Counted from the first letter of the stretch, positions 43,212-53,866 are shown. The stretch: 64,000 bases of DNA from a virus (IMGVR_UViG_3300021431_000076:256001-320000); one strand, 5' to 3'. Numbers and translations: made by a program. Notes: generated from the letters alone by a model not told the origin.

Positions 43212-45641
43212 TTGACTACGCAAATTGAATTGGTATATCAGAGATTGCTAAATGGTGATCCAAGGATATATCCAAGCGAAGTACAAGACATGGTTAATCT
43301 AGTAAACTATACTCTTCAGAATGGTATACAGACTAACCAAGTACAAAATCTACTAACTATCTTAAAGATATCTAATCTGTTGTATAATAACAATACCAAT
43401 GGATATCTAATCTTAGATGATGATCTGTATGATAGATTAGTAGTATTGATGAAGAATGCTGGTATACAAACTCCCATAGGAGCACCTAATGTAATCTTCA
43501 ATAACTTTGAACAATCTACTGGATTTACTGAAGAACCTAAACAAGAACTGAAACAAGTTGTATCATTTGTAGATAACAGACAAAGTATGCAGTATTTTGA
43601 TATCTTTGCCACTAATCCAACTCCATTAGAATCTGACTTTACTATTCATCCAGATTCACAGATGATAGAGAAAGGAGCTAGAAATAGATCTCATGAACAT
43701 GACTTATGTGGAACATTAGACAAATGTAAGTATACCCTTGATAATGAAGCTAGAGCAGATGGAAGATATGATGATAATAGTGTCATGATATTTGAAAGGG
43801 ATTTCTTAGCTAAGCATATACAACAAGGATTTGTAAATCCAAATGATATACATCTTATTGTATCGCTTAAGTATGATGGAATATCTGTAGAGAATACCAT
43901 TGTAAATGATACTATAGTATCATCTTGTTCTAGAGGAGATATGCTGAATAATGAAGCAAGAGATCTAACTCCATTATTTGGTGGAATGCAATTTGAAAGA
44001 GCTACTGGAAGATTTAAGACAGATAAGTCTGGTATAGGAGTTAAGTTTGAGTATATTATAACAGACTATAACAAACAGAGATTAGAAAAAGCTACTGGTA
44101 TTCAATATGCTAATAAGAGAAATGCAGTAATTGGTCTTATTGGTAGACTAGATGCTAGAAAGTTCAGAGATTATCTCACTCCTGTTCCACTAGAATCTAC
44201 ATTAGGAATATTCCATAATGATCTTACTGAAACATTTGGTATGGGTGGATTTGGCAGAATAGATGAGATAAACTTCTTAAATCAGTTCTTTAATAAGGGA
44301 ATAGATCTTAAGTGGACCTATATTCATGGAGACTATACATCTGTACTATTCCAACTGAATAACTTTGTTAGAGAAGCGGAATATATGAGAGACTTTATGC
44401 CATTTGCATATGATGGTGTAGTGGTTGAATATGCTCAGACTTCTATAAGAAAGAATTTAGGTAAACTAAATTCCATTCCTAGATATGCTATAGCAATTAA
44501 GTTCAATCCAGCAGTAAGATATAGCACATTTACAGGATATAGTTTCTCTGTAGGACAATCTGGTGTTATAGTACCAATGGCTCATTTTGAACCAGTAGAA
44601 TTCTTTGGAGCTATTCATAATAAGACTACTGTTCATAGTCTAAAGAGATTTAACAATCTCAGGCTCAAAAGAGGAGAGAAGGTTAAACTCACTCTAAATA
44701 ATGATGTCATAGTCTATCTACATAAATTACCAGCAGAGATGCAAGATCCTGGAGTCTTATTAGGACAATATGAAGAATTTCCTACTGTTTGTCCTAGCTG
44801 CGGTCAACCTCTCTATGAATCTGATTCTGGAGATACAGCATATTGTACAAACTTCATATGCCCAGATAGATGTGTAGCTAGAACATCTAACTTCCTAGCT
44901 AAGATGAATATAAGAGACTTCTCAGATGCTACAGTAAGAGCTCTTCATCTATCCTCTCCAGGAGAGTTATTCCATCTAGATCCAGATAAAGTTAAAAATA
45001 TCATAGGAGAAGTTTTAAGAGATAAGCTATTCCAAAGAATAGAAGAACTGAAATCAAACCCATATCCAGATTATAGAATCATTGGTTCTGTAGGATTTTC
45101 TAATATAGCAATTGCTACTTGGAAGACAATCTTACAACATTATGAGGTTAAGAGATTGATAGAACTACATGATCCAGATGAGATAAATTGTCTATCTGGT
45201 ATTAAAGGTATTGGACCCAAGACTGTTCAGACTATCTTAAATGAGTTGAGATTCTTCGTGTGGGATTTGACTGAGTTATTCTCTCGTATGAATGTAATTT
45301 ATACTCCACTTCTAGGAAACCAACAAGAAAAACCTAAGCAAGTAGTATTTACTGGATTTAGAGATCCATCAATAGAACAACAGTTAGAGAAATTAGGATT
45401 TGAAATCAAACCTAATGTAACTAACGATACTATGTTCTTGGTAGTTCCTTATATTGGGTTTAAATCTACTAAAGTAGATAGAGTCTTTAAGATATTGAGT
45501 AATAAGATGAGTAAAATGACTGGAAAACCAGTAGCAGTAGATTATACTCATATGCCTAAAGATGTATATCCTACTATTGTAGATCAAGCTATAGTCGAAG
45601 ATACGATATCAAAACTTACAAATTCTGAGACTAAAATTTAA
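43212..45641 (+). CDS. ligA: NAD-dependent DNA ligase
   Basis: LKYDGIS adenylation motif, YDGVVV, AIAIKF, CPSC zinc finger, HhH GIGPK, BRCT VVFTGFR. Confidence 0.9.
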   Translation: MTTQIELVYQRLLNGDPRIYPSEVQDMVNLVNYTLQNGIQTNQVQNLLTILKISNLLYNNNTNGYLILDDDLYDRLVVLMKNAGIQTPIGAPNVIFNNFEQSTGFTEEPKQELKQVVSFVDNRQSMQYFDIFATNPTPLESDFTIHPDSQMIEKGARNRSHEHDLCGTLDKCKYTLDNEARADGRYDDNSVMIFERDFLAKHIQQGFVNPNDIHLIVSLKYDGISVENTIVNDTIVSSCSRGDMLNNEARDLTPLFGGMQFERATGRFKTDKSGIGVKFEYIITDYNKQRLEKATGIQYANKRNAVIGLIGRLDARKFRDYLTPVPLESTLGIFHNDLTETFGMGGFGRIDEINFLNQFFNKGIDLKWTYIHGDYTSVLFQLNNFVREAEYMRDFMPFAYDGVVVEYAQTSIRKNLGKLNSIPRYAIAIKFNPAVRYSTFTGYSFSVGQSGVIVPMAHFEPVEFFGAIHNKTTVHSLKRFNNLRLKRGEKVKLTLNNDVIVYLHKLPAEMQDPGVLLGQYEEFPTVCPSCGQPLYESDSGDTAYCTNFICPDRCVARTSNFLAKMNIRDFSDATVRALHLSSPGELFHLDPDKVKNIIGEVLRDKLFQRIEELKSNPYPDYRIIGSVGFSNIAIATWKTILQHYEVKRLIELHDPDEINCLSGIKGIGPKTVQTILNELRFFVWDLTELFSRMNVIYTPLLGNQQEKPKQVVFTGFRDPSIEQQLEKLGFEIKPNVTNDTMFLVVPYIGFKSTKVDRVFKILSNKMSKMTGKPVAVDYTHMPKDVYPTIVDQAIVEDTISKLTNSETKI

Positions 45642-45759
45642 GACAACTAATTTGGGTTGTCTTGGTAAACTATTTTTCAAGCATATACTATAATAGTGTA
45701 ATTCTGAGAGTAATCTCAGATTACGATAAGAGTTTATTCGTATTAGGAGGTAATTTTTT

Positions 45760-46383
45760 ATGAAAAACTTACTCGAGTCCAGCATCTATGAAAACGTTAT
45801 GAAGGAAATGACGCAGATTCGTACTTATCGTTGGGACGATAACACAACTGCATCTATCATTTTCTCCACCTTGGAAGGTATGGCAGATTTCCTTGGTAAG
45901 AAAAAGTCCAAAGATAATCCAGTAGCAGTAGTTATCTTGGATAAGAATGGTGGTTTCCATTTTGGTGCTAGCGTAGAATTCGATAAGGAAGCAGAGTCCG
46001 AGGAAGGTTCTTGGTCCTTGAATTATACGTTCAAAGAAAGTGATATTGACACTACCAATACAACTGTCTATAAGATCCCTGAATCTCAGGAAGCAGATAA
46101 GTGTTTGGTAGATGCAGCATTTAAGTCTTACGGCATGAGATATACTTTTATGGATAATGACGATAAGACTGTGCAAAACGATGGTTCTCCGAATGAATTA
46201 ATCACGACTGTATTTGATATTATTCGTGATTATATGAAAGCGAATGTTACTATTGACCCTCAGTTGGATATCACCAACTATTGTGTGATGACTGCTCGTG
46301 CTGATGGTACTGATGTTGCTATTGGTATCGAACCTGATGCTAAACTCAAGCAGCATGTCAAAGATGACAAAGAAAATGCATAA
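45760..46383 (+). CDS. acidic hypothetical protein, possibly highly expressed
   Basis: early promoter 45682, 5-prime hairpin, SD AGGAGG, long terminator. Confidence 0.7.
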   Translation: MKNLLESSIYENVMKEMTQIRTYRWDDNTTASIIFSTLEGMADFLGKKKSKDNPVAVVILDKNGGFHFGASVEFDKEAESEEGSWSLNYTFKESDIDTTNTTVYKIPESQEADKCLVDAAFKSYGMRYTFMDNDDKTVQNDGSPNELITTVFDIIRDYMKANVTIDPQLDITNYCVMTARADGTDVAIGIEPDAKLKQHVKDDKENA

Positions 46384-46492
46384 TTAAGCAAGTAGACTTA
46401 TATTAGATTATATCTGAGATAAGCTCTACGGGGCTTATCTCAATATGATCTAATGAAATTTTTGGTATATTTTTTGAAAAGGAAGAAATAGA

Positions 46493-46609
46493 ATGGCAAC
46501 TGAAAAGAAAGAATCGCTGAAAGAGAAAGCAGAAATTTGGGCTTATATTATTTTAGTATTTGTATCAATGTTTGGTATGCTTGTATTATTTGAGTATAGT
46601 AAGAAGTAA
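46493..46609 (+). CDS. 38-aa single-TM peptide not in the ORF track
   Basis: SD AAGGA; MATEKKESLKEKAEIWAYIILVFVSMFGMLVLFEYSKK. Confidence 0.55.
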   Translation: MATEKKESLKEKAEIWAYIILVFVSMFGMLVLFEYSKK

Positions 46610-46625
46610 TAGGAGGAGAGTAGTT

Positions 46626-47261
46626 ATGAAGAAGATTAGTATTGGGAACAAAATTTATGATGTCATAGATGAGAAAGAATATATCAGAAGAGCTCAATAT
46701 GACAGACAGATGACTGAAGAATTAGCATCTGATACTGCTGTTGATCCTGGAGATGGATATGTATATCCTGTAGTGAATAGATATAGTAAAGATAATATGG
46801 GAATGACTGATTATGGTCCTGTATTAAAATATTCTAATCCAGAGAATTTTCCTAACAAGGAAGAATACAAAGCAGAGAATGTCATTGACTTTGAGAAACC
46901 TCAAACAGGTGGATTTAAAGAAAGAATACAACAGATAGCTAGATTAGAAGAAGCTGAAAGAAATGTGCTAATCTCTAAAGATAATATCTATCATGTAGCA
47001 GTTAGAGATACTGATACTCCTGAAATGCAGATATTCAAAGAAGCATTGAATAAGAAGAATATTGATATCTTAGCTTACAAACCTAGATTTTTATCTGATT
47101 ATTCTAATGATGTGAGAGTTATTCAAGGAGATTCTATTACATTTGGTAAGCTTAAGAAACTTGCTACTATCTTTGATATGGATATAACTATGAGTATTAA
47201 AGATAAACCTGGTGCAGTTAATCCTATAGGAGAAGAATTAACAGCTAAGATTAATGAGTAA
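46626..47261 (+). CDS. hypothetical protein with a possible C-terminal HTH
   Basis: SD AGGAGG before ATG 46626; ITFGKLKKLATIFDMDI. Confidence 0.6.
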   Translation: MKKISIGNKIYDVIDEKEYIRRAQYDRQMTEELASDTAVDPGDGYVYPVVNRYSKDNMGMTDYGPVLKYSNPENFPNKEEYKAENVIDFEKPQTGGFKERIQQIARLEEAERNVLISKDNIYHVAVRDTDTPEMQIFKEALNKKNIDILAYKPRFLSDYSNDVRVIQGDSITFGKLKKLATIFDMDITMSIKDKPGAVNPIGEELTAKINE

Positions 47262-47278
47262 TATCAGGAGGAAGTAGA

Positions 47279-48991
47279 ATGGATCAGAGACAATTCATAC
47301 ATGAGTTTAACAAAACTCAGATAGAACCATTTAATGAAGAAATCTTTACCAGATCTTCTGATAAGATTATCTATTATTTGGAACTTATGCTCTTATCCTG
47401 TCAACGTAAAATGGGAATTGATGGTTACTTCACTTTAGAGATAGAAAACTTTGAAGTGATAGATGACTATAAGCAGTGTCAACAGATATTGGGTAGATAT
47501 CTCGATGCTGTATTGAAAAGATCTGCTAAGATCAAAGCAGCTATGGATAATAGATATGAATATATTGATCTTAAGCCAACAGATCTTAAACTTCTTACAT
47601 TGACTTATAAGTTTGAAACTTATGAAGGTGTAGATAGATATGAGCAGATCTTTGCTATTCCTAGAATAGTAAATAAGTTCTTTGTGAATATCAATGACAA
47701 TCAGAGAACACTCATGTTCCAGTTAGTAGAGTCTACTTATAATAATGCTACATCTACATCTAAGCATACAATGGTAACAATGAAGACAATCTTCAATGCT
47801 ATTCGTATCTTTAGACACACTGATGTTAGAACTACTACTCAAGGAGAAGATGTAGCATTAACTTCATATGATGCAGATCTCTTTAAGAAGTCTGTACCTG
47901 TAGTAGTATATCTCTTTGCTAAGATGGGATTCATTCCTACAATTCAATTCTTAGGATTAGATGGATTCATAATCTTGACTACATATGATCCTCAGAATGA
48001 TTACTACTATACATTCTGTCCTAGAAAGACAGCAGGAATGTATATCAGTTGTCCTAAAGACTTCTTAAAAGTAAATCAAGTAGCACAGCATGTAATCAAT
48101 GCTTTGTGTATTGAGTTTACTAAGAAGACTGCTGTATTCCCAGATATACTTGGAAGACAAGCATGGATATATCTGCTAGGAAGACATTTCAACTTAGCTA
48201 CTCCATATGATAAGGGTATATCTGTATTGAGTTCTCTTTCTCTTATCTATGATAAGATTACCCAAGAAACTATCTATCTTCCTGAAGTAGATAAGAAAGA
48301 TATCTTCTGTATCTTTAGATGGATGCTCTATGAGTATGATTCCCTCTATCTGAAGAATAACTTAGATATGAGACTTAAGAGAATAAGATGTGAGGAATAC
48401 ATTCCTGCTATGCTTGCTCCTAAGATCTCTAAAGCAATCTATGCATTATCTGATATGGGAGATAGAGTAACTCTTAAACAGATAAAGAAGAGACTTACAA
48501 TAGACCCATTGTATATAATCAATGAACTTGCTAAGTCTAGTCTATCTAACTTCCATGATATGGTATCTGATGTAGATTGTTTTGTTGCTACTAAAGAGAC
48601 CAATCAAGGTGTATCTGGTATCTCAGATGGTACTTCACAATCATTACCAGAATGCTATTTGTATTTGAATGAATCTCATATAGGAATTATGGGATTATCT
48701 GAATCTTCTGCTTCTTCTGTTGGTTCTTCATCTAACCTAACTCCATTTACTAAGTTTGACCAGAATGGATATTTCACTACATGGAATTTCCAAGAACCAG
48801 ATACATACAGAGAGAAATTAGAAGCTCAAGTAAAAGAAGCTAAAGAAAATAGTCCTCTTAAGACAGTAGTAGAGTTTGTTAAACCTCTTAATATAAGAGA
48901 TGAAACAACAGTACCAGAATTAGATATTGGTAAACTCACTATAGACCAAGAGACTATAGAAAAGCTGAAATTGATAAATAAAAATCAATGA
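47279..48991 (+). CDS. split RNA polymerase beta subunit, N-terminal part (probably non-virion RNAP)
   Basis: AIPRIVNKFFVNINDNQRTLMFQL parallels IPxMT..FIINGxERVIVSQL; LNESHIGIMGLSESS..VG parallels VHxSHYGRICPIETPEGxNIG. Confidence 0.75.
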   Translation: MDQRQFIHEFNKTQIEPFNEEIFTRSSDKIIYYLELMLLSCQRKMGIDGYFTLEIENFEVIDDYKQCQQILGRYLDAVLKRSAKIKAAMDNRYEYIDLKPTDLKLLTLTYKFETYEGVDRYEQIFAIPRIVNKFFVNINDNQRTLMFQLVESTYNNATSTSKHTMVTMKTIFNAIRIFRHTDVRTTTQGEDVALTSYDADLFKKSVPVVVYLFAKMGFIPTIQFLGLDGFIILTTYDPQNDYYYTFCPRKTAGMYISCPKDFLKVNQVAQHVINALCIEFTKKTAVFPDILGRQAWIYLLGRHFNLATPYDKGISVLSSLSLIYDKITQETIYLPEVDKKDIFCIFRWMLYEYDSLYLKNNLDMRLKRIRCEEYIPAMLAPKISKAIYALSDMGDRVTLKQIKKRLTIDPLYIINELAKSSLSNFHDMVSDVDCFVATKETNQGVSGISDGTSQSLPECYLYLNESHIGIMGLSESSASSVGSSSNLTPFTKFDQNGYFTTWNFQEPDTYREKLEAQVKEAKENSPLKTVVEFVKPLNIRDETTVPELDIGKLTIDQETIEKLKLINKNQ

Positions 48992-49062
48992 TATACTATA
49001 TATAAGATAACCAGTAGGAGGAAAACTCCTACTGGTTAAATTTTTGGAAAGAGATGATATAA

Positions 49063-49494
49063 ATGATTAATGTGAATCCAGATGTTTATACGAGTATTAT
49101 ACTCCAATCAAAAAATTTGAATGTTCAAGTAGAAGCTAAATTCTTGAATGGAAAATTGTATGTCAATATAGAAAGCGCATCAGAGCTATTAGGATTTTAT
49201 AATGATGAAACAAAGAAAGTTGATTGGAAAAAGTTCAATAAACAATTTAAAGAATGTATAAAATATAATAGATCAGTTGTTGAGGATATACTTTCATTTT
49301 ATAATGGATCAAATAGAAAGAATATTAAAAATAAAGATAGAAAGCAATTACCAGATTTTATTCCATTGGAAATAATATGGGAGATGAGAGATAAATCTAA
49401 TTTTGAACAATGTGATGATATCTATACATTACATGAGCACGAATTAGAATTGCAAAAAACAAATTTATATAATTATCTAAAGCCAACCATATGA
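49063..49494 (+). CDS. hypothetical protein, antirepressor/Bro-like N-terminus
   Basis: VEAKFLNGKLYVNIESASELLGF pattern. Confidence 0.4.
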   Translation: MINVNPDVYTSIILQSKNLNVQVEAKFLNGKLYVNIESASELLGFYNDETKKVDWKKFNKQFKECIKYNRSVVEDILSFYNGSNRKNIKNKDRKQLPDFIPLEIIWEMRDKSNFEQCDDIYTLHEHELELQKTNLYNYLKPTI

Positions 49495-49580
49495 GAGTCA
49501 AAACAAACAAAAAGAAAAACTTACCAGTAGGAATATCCATACTGGTATTTTTATCAATATTATTTAGGAGGAAAAAGAAA

Positions 49581-49874
49581 ATGGCGTTTCCAATTACTAT
49601 TCATTTCAACGTAAAAAAGAAAGGTTGTGAATATATCTGCACTCCAACATTTATTCATCATAATGCTAGCAATTTTAATCAAATTCCTTGCAAACCTGGA
49701 AAAGGAGTGGCTTTTGGATATAGAGAAAGTGATTGGCCAGAGCACTACTTTTATTTGAACACTGGTATATTATTTAAAGATGATTCAGGAATCATAGATC
49801 AACTTGAATTTACACATGGGCATTATAGAAATTTTGAAATAGGTGTGTCTTATGTTTTATATGAGGTGAGATGA
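49581..49874 (+). CDS. hypothetical protein (start revised)
   Basis: SD AGGAGG before ATG 49581. Confidence 0.55.
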   Translation: MAFPITIHFNVKKKGCEYICTPTFIHHNASNFNQIPCKPGKGVAFGYRESDWPEHYFYLNTGILFKDDSGIIDQLEFTHGHYRNFEIGVSYVLYEVR

Positions 49875-50182
49875 GAATGATATATGGGAAATTTGAAGAA
49901 ATAACTTTATGGTACAAACATACACAAGAGCTAGTTGGTTATGAAGAAATCAAAACAGTATGGGAATTTAATCATTTGGAAAATGGTCATGTAGATTTTC
50001 ATCAACGTAGACCTTTACCAATAAAACCAGAATTTAAAGAACAAGCAAAAGAATGGAAACATGGTATTTGGGGTAAGGTATCTGGGTATCTTGTAGATGG
50101 TAAGGTGGTAGAAGTATCTGATTTAGTTGTAATAGATGAGAATGGAAAATCAAAATTTATAGATAGGGATGAATTAAAATGA
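49871..50182 (+). CDS. hypothetical protein
   Basis: ATGA coupling, SD GAGGTG. Confidence 0.6.
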   Translation: MRMIYGKFEEITLWYKHTQELVGYEEIKTVWEFNHLENGHVDFHQRRPLPIKPEFKEQAKEWKHGIWGKVSGYLVDGKVVEVSDLVVIDENGKSKFIDRDELK

Positions 50183-50478
50183 AGATGTTAAAATTCTTTA
50201 TAAGCAATATAATAGATGATATTTTAGACTTACCTGGACCATTATTAGAAGTATTGTTTTGTGTTGTATTCTTTGGTCTTTGGATTTTAATTGGAAGCAT
50301 ATTATATAGTTTTGGTTTTAGTCCAGATTTATCGGCAATACTTGGATTAACCATAACAGTTATGCTATTTCTCATAATTCCTATATATAAGTATCTTAAT
50401 GGAATATATGAAAGATACCAAGAAGAAGAATCTGAAAACTATGTTGAAGAGATAGAAAGAAAGGTTAAGAAAAGATGA
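50179..50478 (+). CDS. two-TM membrane protein
   Basis: two hydrophobic helices, charged C-terminus. Confidence 0.6.
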   Translation: MKMLKFFISNIIDDILDLPGPLLEVLFCVVFFGLWILIGSILYSFGFSPDLSAILGLTITVMLFLIIPIYKYLNGIYERYQEEESENYVEEIERKVKKR

Positions 50479-50762
50479 TTGGGTATTTCATTAAAAGAAT
50501 AAGACAAGACTGGAGTGAGGAATTAGGTCTCATCACTGGTTGTGGTCTACTTTTTCTAATACTCTTTATTAATAAAAATATAGTAGAGTATACTGGATGG
50601 TGTACTGATGAAAGAGCTATTTTCTGGGGAGCTTTGATGATATTTCCAGAAGCTTTCATTCTATATTTTATATGCTATTTGACTGATGTATATGAAGACT
50701 ATCAGAGAGATAAGTTTAATAAGAGTATAAGAGAAGTGAGAGAGGAGAAATATCATGATTAA
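50475..50762 (+). CDS. two-TM membrane protein
   Basis: two hydrophobic helices; YLxxxYExYQ segment shared with the previous ORF. Confidence 0.6.
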   Translation: MIGYFIKRIRQDWSEELGLITGCGLLFLILFINKNIVEYTGWCTDERAIFWGALMIFPEAFILYFICYLTDVYEDYQRDKFNKSIREVREEKYHD

Positions 50763-51285
50763 TAAAGGAAGAATAAAACAGAAGTATGGTAGATATTTTA
50801 ATAAGAAGAAGAGAATGCATAGATCTTGGGATTTGTTCTCCTACATGGCTAAAGAGATAACACAAGATTTAAAGTACTTTAAAAAGTATAATGTAAACTC
50901 AGTGCCTGGTGAGTTACATCTTGAAATATGTAATAAATATGGATTTGAGGAAGGGTCCATGACTGATGAACAATATAAGATAATAGATGAAGAATGTACT
51001 AAGAAATGGCATGAGATAATAGATAAGATGATATGGTCTTTTGAGGAGATTAGTCTAGAGTATCCTGATGATCCTATGTTAAAGACCATATCTGAATATC
51101 ATGAAAGATATCCTCAATTACCAGGAGAATCTTTTGAAGACTTCTTTAATAGTAAAACTAATAGACCTGATTTATGGGAAGTATATAACTATGAAGAAGT
51201 AAAAAAGAAAAAAGAAGAATATGAAGATAGAAAATATGAAGGGTTGCGTTTGTTTGCTAAATGGTTTGAGTATCTATGGGATTAA
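50755..51285 (+). CDS. phage hypothetical protein
   Basis: WHEIIDKMIWSF...EGLRLFAKWFEYLWD pattern. Confidence 0.6.
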   Translation: MINKGRIKQKYGRYFNKKKRMHRSWDLFSYMAKEITQDLKYFKKYNVNSVPGELHLEICNKYGFEEGSMTDEQYKIIDEECTKKWHEIIDKMIWSFEEISLEYPDDPMLKTISEYHERYPQLPGESFEDFFNSKTNRPDLWEVYNYEEVKKKKEEYEDRKYEGLRLFAKWFEYLWD

Positions 51286-51368
51286 ATACGAGACTTAAAT
51301 ATAAGGGGTTGACTCCCCTTATATTTTTTTAGTATATAATAAAATCTAACCATAGGAGGTGACACTCA

Positions 51369-51947
51369 ATGATTAAAGGTGTAGATGTCAGTGAGCATAA
51401 CTCCATGACATTACAAGACTTTCAAAGTTTAGTAGACAATGGATATTCTTTTGCTGTTGTAAGATTAGGATTTGGTTCTCATACTATGGATGAGGATTTT
51501 GTTAAGAATGTAGAAAATGCTAAACTAGCAGGTATGAGGGTATCTGTATATCACTTCTCTGAAGCATTAGATCCTTGGCAAGCTGTAGAAGAGGCTAAGT
51601 TTGTTAAAGAGACTTTAGAACAAAATGGGGTCGCTTGTGAGAGAGTATGGTTTGATATGGAGAATTCACATTGGAAAGAATCTAATGACTTTGATTACTC
51701 CATGGAGAACTGTACTGAAATATGTAGAGCTTTCATTGAAGAGATGGGAGACTATAAAGTAGGAATATATGCTAACTATGATTGGTTTACTAATCGTATA
51801 GATTGGGAAAGCTTAGGAGTTCCTATCTGGGTAGCTCAGTATGGCAGTAGTGATGATATTGGTGGATTAATGTGGCAATATACAGAATCCGAATGGATTA
51901 ATGGTAAATATTATGATGCTAATATATCATATAATGACTATATTTGA
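51369..51947 (+). CDS. GH25 muramidase (endolysin-like)
   Basis: GVDVSEHN, YHFS, WFDME (DxE), IWVAQY, WQYT; late promoter at 51292. Confidence 0.85.
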   Translation: MIKGVDVSEHNSMTLQDFQSLVDNGYSFAVVRLGFGSHTMDEDFVKNVENAKLAGMRVSVYHFSEALDPWQAVEEAKFVKETLEQNGVACERVWFDMENSHWKESNDFDYSMENCTEICRAFIEEMGDYKVGIYANYDWFTNRIDWESLGVPIWVAQYGSSDDIGGLMWQYTESEWINGKYYDANISYNDYI

Positions 51948-51967
51948 AATATGAGGAGAGATGATGA

Positions 51968-52513
51968 ATGGCATATCTTTCTATAAAAAGAATATCTATT
52001 GATGAATCTTTCTTTGGTAATGGATTTGAGATGCTTACAGAAGAAGCTCAAGAGAATAAAGTAAGATCTAGTATTGAAAAAACCATTAAAGATGCACAAT
52101 CTAAACCAAAAAGCTGGGTTGCTAATAAAATTTTATCTTTTAGAAAATTATACAGTACTTATTTAGATAAACTAAATAGGGAAAAAGATCAAAAAAAGAT
52201 AGGTTTTATCCAAAATATAATTAGATTGATTTTGTTGGCTATAGATAAATTGGCATCCTTGATGCAAGATGTTACAGATATTGATATTAAAAATAGTAAG
52301 AGTAAAATCAGAAACTCTTCTAAGAAATTTAGAAATAGGGTAAACGATAAGATATTATTCCAACAACAACAGCAGCAATTTATAGATAATCAAATAAGAG
52401 ACTCTCAGTTACATCAGCAGATGGTTGATCAAAATAATTTAATGCATCAGCAGATGGTTGATCAACATAACCAAATACACCAAAATTTTATGATGAATAA
52501 TGGAATGATGTAA
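51968..52513 (+). CDS. putative internal virion protein (MAYL leader, Q/H/M-rich tail)
   Basis: N-terminal 100 aa paralogous to 54538. Confidence 0.55.
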   Translation: MAYLSIKRISIDESFFGNGFEMLTEEAQENKVRSSIEKTIKDAQSKPKSWVANKILSFRKLYSTYLDKLNREKDQKKIGFIQNIIRLILLAIDKLASLMQDVTDIDIKNSKSKIRNSSKKFRNRVNDKILFQQQQQQFIDNQIRDSQLHQQMVDQNNLMHQQMVDQHNQIHQNFMMNNGMM

Positions 52514-52514
52514 A

Positions 52515-53267
52515 ATGAGCTATTTGAATATTAATACTTATGATAAAAATTTGGATTCATTTATAGAATCCTGTTTTAATATTGCTTTAGAGCAAGAAAA
52601 TGAAAAGTTGTTAGAGTATTCATTGCTTAATGAATTAAGTGATGATATCAAACTTAATGCTGCTGAAAAAACTTATTACGAGCTAGGTCTAAATGGACCA
52701 TCTAATTATCCAGAACTTAATTATCAATTTATAGGATTAAATAATATTCGTAGAGGGATAAAAAATGCAGAAGATGATTATATTGAGAAAAAAAGTTTGA
52801 ATGCTCAATTGCAGTATAAGCTAAACAAGGCTAAAACAGCTCATGGCAGAAAAAGACTTTTATCTTATTATACTAATATTCCAACTGGAACAGAATTTGC
52901 TTCTTCATATAAATCCTTACATGGTGAGAGAATACCAACTAAAGGAAAGACATCTGATGATGTTAAAGATATTTTCAACTATGCTCTTAATAATGAAGCA
53001 AAAATAAAAAAAGAGTTTGAAGATATACAAAATGAGATAAATAAAACGAAACAAGAAATTGAAGATAATGCGTCTCCTTGGCAGAGATTAAGCATTAAAG
53101 TTAGACAAAAAATCAGAAAGTTTATTAACTATCTAACTAAGAAGTATCATGATTTTAGAAAAAAGTATAGAAATACCCCTCCTGAAAAGAGAGGAATAAT
53201 AGATAGATTGTTATTCGGTATTACAGAGATAATAGAATATCTGACAGATATTATCTATATGAGATAG
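52515..53267 (+). CDS. putative internal virion protein (MSYL leader)
   Basis: ALE/LNE sites; C-terminal TPPEKRG module shared with 58823. Confidence 0.55.
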   Translation: MSYLNINTYDKNLDSFIESCFNIALEQENEKLLEYSLLNELSDDIKLNAAEKTYYELGLNGPSNYPELNYQFIGLNNIRRGIKNAEDDYIEKKSLNAQLQYKLNKAKTAHGRKRLLSYYTNIPTGTEFASSYKSLHGERIPTKGKTSDDVKDIFNYALNNEAKIKKEFEDIQNEINKTKQEIEDNASPWQRLSIKVRQKIRKFINYLTKKYHDFRKKYRNTPPEKRGIIDRLLFGITEIIEYLTDIIYMR

Positions 53268-53281
53268 AGGAGAGATGGTGA

Positions 53282-53866
53282 ATGGCATACTTGACTTTTG
53301 ATAATAATCTTAATGAAGACTTAAAGACAGTTGCTCATAATTTAATAACAAGAACATTTACAGACCCTCATGCTTTAAATATGAAAAATATTCCTATAAA
53401 TCCCCATCCGTTTCAAATATTCACCAAATTAGTTGGAGCTACTGATATGATTGATAAATCTTATTTTAATGCACATTGGGAATTGACCAAAGATATTAAA
53501 TCAAAAATAGCTTCATGGTGTAAACAAGCTGGAGGATATTTAGCGGATACTTTAGCTAAACAAAATAAGCATACTGGTCCAATGTCTTTATCTGTAAATG
53601 TTGCTAATAGACAACATACAGCTGGTTATACTAATACACGATTAGCTACTAGTAGTTTTGGACAGGGTGTATTAACCAAATCTACAACATGTCTTCCAAT
53701 AAATACTGGTAAGGGATATTATTACGTGTATCCAACTTTTGATTCTACTGATATATATGATTTAAAGGTTTTATGTAATACAGAAGCAGATGGTAGTGGA
53801 AAATTTAGTGTTAAAAAATTGACTCAATGGAATTCTATAGATCATGAGCAATTTAAAAAAGATTAA
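53282..53866 (+). CDS. putative internal virion protein (MAYL leader)
   Basis: MAYLTFDNNLNE N-terminus. Confidence 0.55.
   Translation: MAYLTFDNNLNEDLKTVAHNLITRTFTDPHALNMKNIPINPHPFQIFTKLVGATDMIDKSYFNAHWELTKDIKSKIASWCKQAGGYLADTLAKQNKHTGPMSLSVNVANRQHTAGYTNTRLATSSFGQGVLTKSTTCLPINTGKGYYYVYPTFDSTDIYDLKVLCNTEADGSGKFSVKKLTQWNSIDHEQFKKD

Noticed and set aside
40696-48991. Inteins or introns in RNAP, ligase or other core genes
   Set aside because: Reading frames are continuous and no C/S...HN intein ends or homing-endonuclease motifs were seen.
50179-50762. Holin assignment for the two-TM proteins near the GH25 lysin
   Set aside because: They lie in an early-promoter operon separated from the lysin by another gene and a late promoter; topology alone is insufficient.
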